From: Podarcis muralis
Taxonomy: Eukaryota
DNA length: 64,000 nt
NCBI RefSeq assembly: GCF_964188315.1
Contig: NC_135667.1
Coordinates: 14,570,001-14,634,000 of the forward strand
Reading direction: 5' to 3'
Positions 57,801-64,000 of the stretch are shown here, piece by piece (positions within the stretch are counted from its first letter, which is position 1; the number at the start of each line of letters is the position of its first letter). Both the position numbers and the translations under genes were made by a program. The notes beneath the pieces were generated by a model, which was not told where the DNA came from, ran no database searches, and worked only from the letters and a program-made list of their open reading frames with translations.

Positions 57801-59880
57801 AAGGAACTTGACTAGTCCAGTTAGGTCCAGGATTGTTTTGGCCACAAATGAGAGTATGTAGGCCTGCCCACTCAAACAGGTTTCTTCCATAAAAGTGAAA
57901 TTTTATTCATTTTCATTTACATGGTATGATGACGAAGCCTTCTGGACTTGTCTCCTAAGTAAACAGTACTCAACTCCCAGCCTCCATGACAAGTATTTTC
58001 CCATGTAGTGTTGCTAGCCCCTGAGTTGAATGAGATCACTGCAGAGCTAAGAGTCGAACTTTTGGTCTGACCAGTTCTGAGGAGGTGAATGGCATGGATA
58101 GCAACCCAAATGACTCTTCCTCACTAAGTCGACTCCTGGTTTCACCCATGCATATAAAAAAATTGTAATGCATACCTGTGGGATCTTGTAGGTATTTAAG
58201 ATGTGGGGCATCTGCTTGGAGTTATGAGAAGTGAGTCCACCAATGATGGCCATTAGCTTGTATTTCCTAACACAGATGTAGTTAAGGGGGTTCCCCGAGC
58301 TCAGGAAAAGTATTTGCATAGTGGCAAGACAGGTTCCCATTGAATTGAAAGCATTTTGTGTGAAGATGTAAGATAGTGTTCTGTTGGGTAAGAGGTGGAA
58401 ATTCTCGTTGATCTTGTTCAGGGCAAACATAAAGACAAGTGCTTGGTGGTAGTTATTCGGTATCACACTGCAATGACATTTCAGTGTAGACTTAGGGGTG
58501 TTATATAGTCATTGATTTCACATACATACAGTAGATTTACTTATCTGCCCTGGAGGGCAGAACTCAAACAAATGGCTTTAAGTTACAAGAAAGGAGATTC
58601 TGACTAAACACACAGAAAAACTTTCTGGAATAGGAGGTTGTGGATTCTCCTACCTTGGAGGTTTTTAAGGCAGAGGTTGGATCGTCATCTGACATGGGTG
58701 CTTTAGCTGAGATTCCTGCATTGCAGGGGGTTGGACCAAATGACCCTTGGTGTCCCTTCCATCGCTACAGTTCTGTGATCATTTGAAGCTATTATTTAAA
58801 TATCAGGCAGTAGAAAATATCTTCATAACTTTGTGCAGTAGAAAGTGTGGTGTAGTGGTTAGAGTGTCAGAATTGGACCTGGGCGACTAGGATTGAAATC
58901 CCCACTAGCCATGAAGCTCACTGAGTGACCTTGAAGCAGTCACTGCATCTCAGCCTAACCTACCTCACAAGGTTGTTGTGAGGATTAAATGAGTAGGGGG
59001 AGATCTACTCATTGGAAATTGAGTAGGAAACGGAAATTGCAGAATGTAGAAAAACATTTCCTACAAAAGAGACACAAAACGTTTGATTCCTGAGTATGCT
59101 AAAGCTATCCAATATTAGAATCACTGGTTTTTATGGGCATTTCCTTTCTAAACGTTCTACACCTATGAGCAGCGCCTTGGAGGGGGAAAATGGGATATAA
59201 ATGCAATAAATAAATCTCCACAGGCCATATATCTTTAGAATTCTTTACTGTTCCCTCATTATCCTTCTATGCTGCATTTCAACTAAAGGCATATCCTCTT
59301 TGATGACTGTGATTCATGGGCTGTATTTGTTTGAAATTGATTTGCTTTGTCCTGGTCCAATCAATCTGTGTATCAATATACTGTATGTATCCATCTCTAG
59401 CTAGGCAGCTCCCTCTCATCCACTTTCAGCCACTACAAAAGGCCTGACTAGGCGTTATTAGCTCTCTTCCTTCATGCCTCTCCTGCTAAGTAAGGTAGTT
59501 TGTCTGTGACTTTGCTCTATGCAAAGAAAGATCATTATTTAAGGTATACTCTAGCATGTGATTCTAACTCAATGCACCTTACTTGTAAGAATTTGTCTCA
59601 TGCAGGAACCTAAACACTTGCTGAAGGAGGAATGGAGAGCTTGTGTTATGGAATAGCTAGGCTGTTGACTTCAGGTGTGGAGAGTATTGGTTTCAAATTT
59701 TCTCAGTATCAAGTGAGACCTGGGAAACCACACTGGCCATACCTTTGCTTTGTTAAACAATAGTTTTTCATGGAAGCAAAGTCGAATGAAAATAGAGCAC
59801 AAACTGAAATGGAACACATTACCTGGATTATTTCTGAAAAAGAATTGTATGAATGGTTTCCTATCTTCAAGCAAATTTAG

Positions 59881-59915
<35 letters not shown>

Positions 59916-60285
59916 AAAACAGCAATCTAGCAGTCTTCACAGGTTAGCTCATTTCCTTAAATTCTGACTAAAATAAGACTATGAATAATGAACTATTTTG
60001 GCTGTTTTCATTAGGCTATTCAAACAGAATTATAAATTGCCCCAACATTATATTTTTATATAATAAAATATTGACTTACTAGCCACTGATATCCACATGT
60101 GGAGTTTTATTAAATGAGACATCATTCAAGAAAGGAATAAAGAAAGAAAGGAATTCCCCAATGACAATACTCTCTAGAATACTAAAGTCATTTTGAACCT
60201 TTGGTTGCCAACCACATCCATTCTTCCCATTTTTGCTGACAATGTGAGGCAGCAGCAGCAGCAGCAGGAACAGCAGCAATGACAT
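52886..60285 (-). CDS. V2R gene D; exons 60285-60080, 58467-58176, 57156-56305, 55898-55671, 55069-54943, 53799-52886; 872 aa
   Basis: The frame is open if the downstream exon-3 acceptor (57156) is used; the N-terminus is shortened (see findings). Confidence 0.85.
54288..54431. mobile_element. hAT MITE (144 bp)
   Basis: TIR cagtgctttttt; 8-bp TSD ATTAAATT. Confidence 0.8.
54440..54712 (-). mobile_element. L2-like 3' fragment
   Basis: Similar to 13690-14150. Confidence 0.6.
54807..54856. repeat. (GT)n microsatellite
   Basis: Direct reading. Confidence 0.95.
54943..55069 (-). CDS. V2R-D exon 5 (127 nt)
   Basis: [42 protein letters not shown]. Confidence 0.9.
55671..55898 (-). CDS. V2R-D exon 4 (228 nt)
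   Basis: [31 protein letters not shown]...HKFNQ. Confidence 0.9.
56305..57156 (-). CDS. V2R-D exon 3 (852 nt)
   Basis: [16 protein letters not shown]...HPWQ. Confidence 0.9.
57185..57233 (-). pseudogene. Truncated second copy of the V2R exon-3 5' end with its own acceptor
   Basis: ttccttag|CTGACCTATGGCTCCTTTGCCCCTGCACTGAATGATAAAACACAGT, i.e. [15 protein letters not shown], 74 nt upstream of the functional acceptor. Confidence 0.85.
58176..58467 (-). CDS. V2R-D exon 2 (292 nt)
   Basis: [28 protein letters not shown]...YKIPQ. Confidence 0.9.
58552..58780 (+). mobile_element. CR1 3' fragment
   Basis: ggaggtttttaaggcagaggttgg...gggttggaccaaatgacccttggtgtcccttcc...ttctgtgat terminus. Confidence 0.75.
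58842..59000 (+). mobile_element. MIR/CORE-like SINE
   Basis: tggtgtagtggttaga head and the CORE segment cctacctcacaaggttgttgtgaggattaaatga. Confidence 0.7.
60080..60285 (-). CDS. V2R-D exon 1
   Basis: [19 protein letters not shown]...IVIGEF...; donor TA|GTAAGT, phase 2. Confidence 0.78.
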
Positions 60286-60769
60286 TTGGTTACCAGAAAA
60301 TCGTAGCAGTCACTGACAGACACGTTAATTTAGGCAAGCACACCGAACAGTCGTCATGTGAATTATCAGATCTGAAAACAACTCCGAAACCACCTTGGAA
60401 ACACACTAAGGGATAAGTAATCTTTGCTTCTTTCACTGATTCTAATTTGGACTCTCAAACACATGTCTGAATTATTCCTTACCAAGAGCTTTGTGTAAAA
60501 GGTTGTTTTGAAACCCACCTTTATAAATGGAGAGAAGCATTTTCTTAGCTCTTGAGGCGGATTCATCCGTGTTTCTATTCTCCCCCCCCCCCAATTGTCT
60601 TTGAATCCCTGATGAGTGATTAAGATAATTGCAGAGTAGATAATAATGGCCCTCTTTAATATTCTCAGCTATACAGTGGTTCCCCTCCTTTCTCCTGGGC
60701 CATGTCCAGAAAGTGGTGGTAGGGAATGAGTGGTGGTAGGGGATGAGTGTCCAGACCCCTGGGCTCTCA

Positions 60770-62014
60770 CTTGTGGGGTGCCTCAGGGTCTGTCCTCTCC
60801 CCCATGCTTTTCAACATCTACATGAAGCCACTGGGAGAGATCATCAGGGGGTTTGGGCTGGGTGCGGATGATACCCAGCTCTACCTCTCTTTTAAATCAG
60901 AACCAGTTAAGGCAGTGAAGGTCCTGTGTGAGTGTCTGGAGGCAGTTGGAGGATGGATGGCAGCTAACAGATTGAGGTTGAATCCTGACAAGACAGAAGT
61001 GCTATTCTTGGGGGACAGGGGGTGGGCTGGTGTGGAGGACTCCCTGGTTCTGAATGGAGTAACTGTGCCCCTGAAGGACCAGGTGTGCAACCTGGGAGTC
61101 ATTTTGGACTCACAGCTGTCCATGGAGGCACAGGACAATTCTGTGTCCAGGGCAGCTGTTTACCACCTCCATCTGGTACTCAGGCTGAGACCCTACCTAT
61201 CCACAGACTGTCTTGCCAGAGTGGTGCATGCTCTAGTTATCTCCAGCTTGAACTACTGCAACGCACTCTATGTGAGGCTACCTTTGAAGGTGACTCAGAA
61301 ACTGCAATTACAGTGGTACCTCAGGTTACATACGCTTCAGGTTACAGACTCCACTAACCCAGAAATATTACCTCGGGTTAAGAACTTTGCTTGAGGGTGA
61401 GAACAGAAATTGTGCTCCAGCAGCACAGTGGCAGCAGGAGGCCCCATTAGCTAAAGTGGTGCTTCAGGTTAAGAGCAGTTTCAGGTTAAGTACGGACCTC
61501 CGGAACGAATTAAGTACTTAACCCGAGGTACCACTGTAATCCAGAATGCAGCAGCTAGACTGGTGACTGGGAGTGGCCGCCAAGACCATATAACACCAGT
61601 CCTGAAAGATCTTCATTGGCCCCAAGTACGCTTCCAAGCACAATTCAAAGTGTTGGTGCTGACCTTTAAAGCCCTAAACGGCCTTGGTCCTGTATACCTG
61701 AAGGACCATCTCCACCCCCATCGTCCAGCCCGGACACTGAGGTCCAGCGCCGAGGGCCTTCTGGCGGTTCCCTCGCTGCAAGAAGTTAGGTTACAGGGAA
61801 CCAGGCAGAGGGCCTTCTCGGTAGTGGCGCCTGCCCTGTGGAATGCCCTCCCATCAAATGTCAAGGCAATAAGCAACTATTGTACTTTCAAAAGACAACT
61901 GAAGGCAGCCCTGTTTAAGGAAGTTTTTAATGTCTGATGCTGTATTGTTTTTAATATTCGGTTGGAAGCCACCCAGAGTGGCTGGGGAAACCCAGTCAGA
62001 TGGGCGGGTTATAA

Positions 62015-62063
<49 letters not shown>
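60770..62063 (+). mobile_element. L2 LINE (RT-domain C-terminal part to 3' tail)
   Basis: SVLSPMLFNIYM..ADDTQLY..LRLNPDKTE..LGVILDSQL..HITPVLKDLHW; (ATT)n tail; the YADD region is damaged. Confidence 0.9.
61311..61536. mobile_element. Mariner/pogo MITE nested in L2
   Basis: Inverted copy of 24347-24572; TA TSD. Confidence 0.9.
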
Positions 62064-62355
62064 GCAAAGAAAAACTTTTTTATCTACTTTCTAATGGAGA
62101 CCTGATAATCAATGACTCAGTGCTGGAATTCAGAGCATTTTGGGTGCTCAGGACTCCACTGTTGAGTGCCTGAGGCCCCTGTTCCTGCCTCTCTCCATCT
62201 GGCCCATCTGTTTGTAATTATGTAAATCATATTTTTCATATTGCAAGCCGCCTTGAGCATTGTTTTAACTGTGGAAAGGCGGCATACATACAAACATAAA
62301 ATGGGATATAAATGCACGTGTACATATGTACAAATAAAATAAAATAAAATAAAAT

Positions 62356-62719
62356 AAAGGTAAAGGTAAAGGTACCCCTGCCCGTACGGGCCAGTCTTGA
62401 CAGACTCTAGGGTTGTGCGCCCATCTCACTCAAGAGGCCGGGGGCCAGCGCTGTCCGGAGACACTTCCGGGTCACGTGGCCAGCGTGACATCGCTGCTCT
62501 GGCGAGACAGAGCCGCACACGGAAACACCGTTTACCTTCCCGCTAGTAAGCGGTCCCTATTTATCTACTTGCACCCGGGGGTGCTTTCGAACTGCTAGGT
62601 TGGCAGGCGCTGGGACCGAACAACGGGAGCGCACCCTGCTGCGGGGATTCGAACTGCTGACCTTTCGATCGGCAAGCTCTAGGCGCTGAGGCTTTTACCC
62701 ACAGCGCCACCCGCGTCCC
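62356..62719 (-). mobile_element. Sauria SINE
   Basis: Same subfamily as 39741-40101 (ggtacccctgcccgtacgggccagtc). Confidence 0.88.
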
Positions 62720-63575
62720 TAAAATAAATGTACATACATACAAATAAAATGATGATGGTGATGCTGAAAACAAATTTAGGGTGCATGTGGCCAGTACAAT
62801 TATGTTAATTTTAGCTAATATTTATACATGTTTGTGTATGTGATCCTTTCTTGGAGCATTGATTTGAAAAGCAGAGTAGAAAAAAATTTCAATTAATAAA
62901 TAGCTCTCAAAATGACTCTTGGCATGTGAATATTTGGGGGGGGGGAATTGAGGGAAAAGAGCACACAGCAGGGCATGTTGAATTTTTCAGCTTTCAAATT
63001 TCAAAAAGGAGGGGTGGTTAAAAAGTTGTAACATGACTTGGGAATTCAAAAGTTATTTTGGTTAAAATAATATAATTGAGTTTTGCTTGTTAAGTAAAAT
63101 GTGTGTAAAATTGCGTGGAAATCTCTTAGAATAGCAGTGGTGCCCATCTGAGAGGTGCTGGAGCTGAGTTCCTGTGAGTTCCCCCTGAAAAAATTATCTA
63201 CCAGTGACTGTCAGAATTGAAGCCCAGAAAGTGAGTATCTTCTGGATGTTCTGGAAGCAAGCAAAAGGCACTTTTGATACCACATTTTGCCAGCAAGGCA
63301 CCCCTCCCACAGCTCCAGGCAATTTTTCATTTTTATTTTTTCATTGTCAAAGGAAGAATACCACACTGAACCACACTTGTGTGGAATGACATCATTCACG
63401 GAGCCTACCCCCCACCTCCCACCCTTGGGTAGAACATATTATGAATCATCCTGAACGGACCAGGTGCCTTCTTTGGAACAATGGCCACTGGGGAAACATG
63501 GAGATTCTCAAAGGGAAGGAAGACAGAGAGTTCCTTAACAATTTTTTGGCCATCAATTTCAAGGTATTCCCTGAT

Positions 63576-64000
63576 TGTCAGGGATTGGACAGAGGAGGAA
63601 TTGTGGAGATCGCCAGAGAAGAGGAAGACAGTATAGATTTACCACAGTGGCTTGCGAGAGGTCACAGCTCAGAGGCAGATGAGGGGGAAAGTTGGGAAAT
63701 AATGGAAGAGGAGGAAGAGGAGGAGGAGGCAGGGTCAGAGCAGCTGGCTGACACGTTATCACTAGGAAGCATTCCAGACCCCCCTTCTCCCAGAACCCAG
63801 GGAGCATTGAAAGTAGGAGAGCAAAGGGCTAGGAGACAGATGGCCCTAAGCGGCAACTGTAAGGTGGGTGGTGCTGTTGAAGAATGAGGAAGTAGGAGAG
63901 AAGGGGGGTGGAGATTTACTCGGAGCAACACCATTACTCCAAGAGGCTGCACTTCTAAGCCTCACTGTGAATATTTATTAAACAACATTGGTAAGAACTT
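63576..64000 (+). mobile_element. Probable Gypsy-type LTR (runs off the window end)
   Basis: Starts with TGTCAGGG; purine-rich, acidic pseudo-ORF (EEEEEE...PPSPRT), recalled as typical of squamate LTRs. Confidence 0.5.

Noticed and set aside
60747-61394. 215-aa RT-like ORF as an active retrotransposon
   Set aside because: 5'-truncated, catalytic YADD region partly deleted, and interrupted by a MITE
63441-63887. 148-aa acidic ORF
   Set aside because: Mostly inside a probable LTR and low in complexity; no domain recognised

Overview
Vertebrate genomic DNA, most likely a squamate and probably a lacertid-type lizard (inferred from Sauria SINEs, Squam3-like CORE SINEs, and L2/L1/CR1 fragments with TA-flanked mariner/pogo MITEs). 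It contains one complete 4-exon zinc transporter, SLC39A2/ZIP2 (+ strand, 7414-15024, 298 aa). Tail-to-tail with it lies a tandem array of four apparently intact 6-exon vomeronasal type-2 receptor (V2R, class C GPCR) genes on the - strand, labelled A-D here (888, 887, 887 and 872 aa). All splice junctions were traced by hand; they are GT-AG and phase-compatible. Relics of further lost V2R copies lie between and inside the genes. The most interesting signals are: (i) gene D looks like a fusion of two paralogs, with a frameshifting decoy exon-3 acceptor and a start codon recruited by a 4-nt deletion; (ii) a fixed-spacing TATA plus CTCAGCAAAGTTAA upstream module shared by the V2R paralogs; (iii) an L2 insertion 7 nt from the last splice acceptor of gene A; (iv) a SINE-plus-flank block shared between a V2R intron and a ZIP2 intron; (v) mosaic similarity between paralogs. 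Four N-gaps are present. No prokaryote-type system or CRISPR array is present. All analysis was by eye, with no alignments or database searches.
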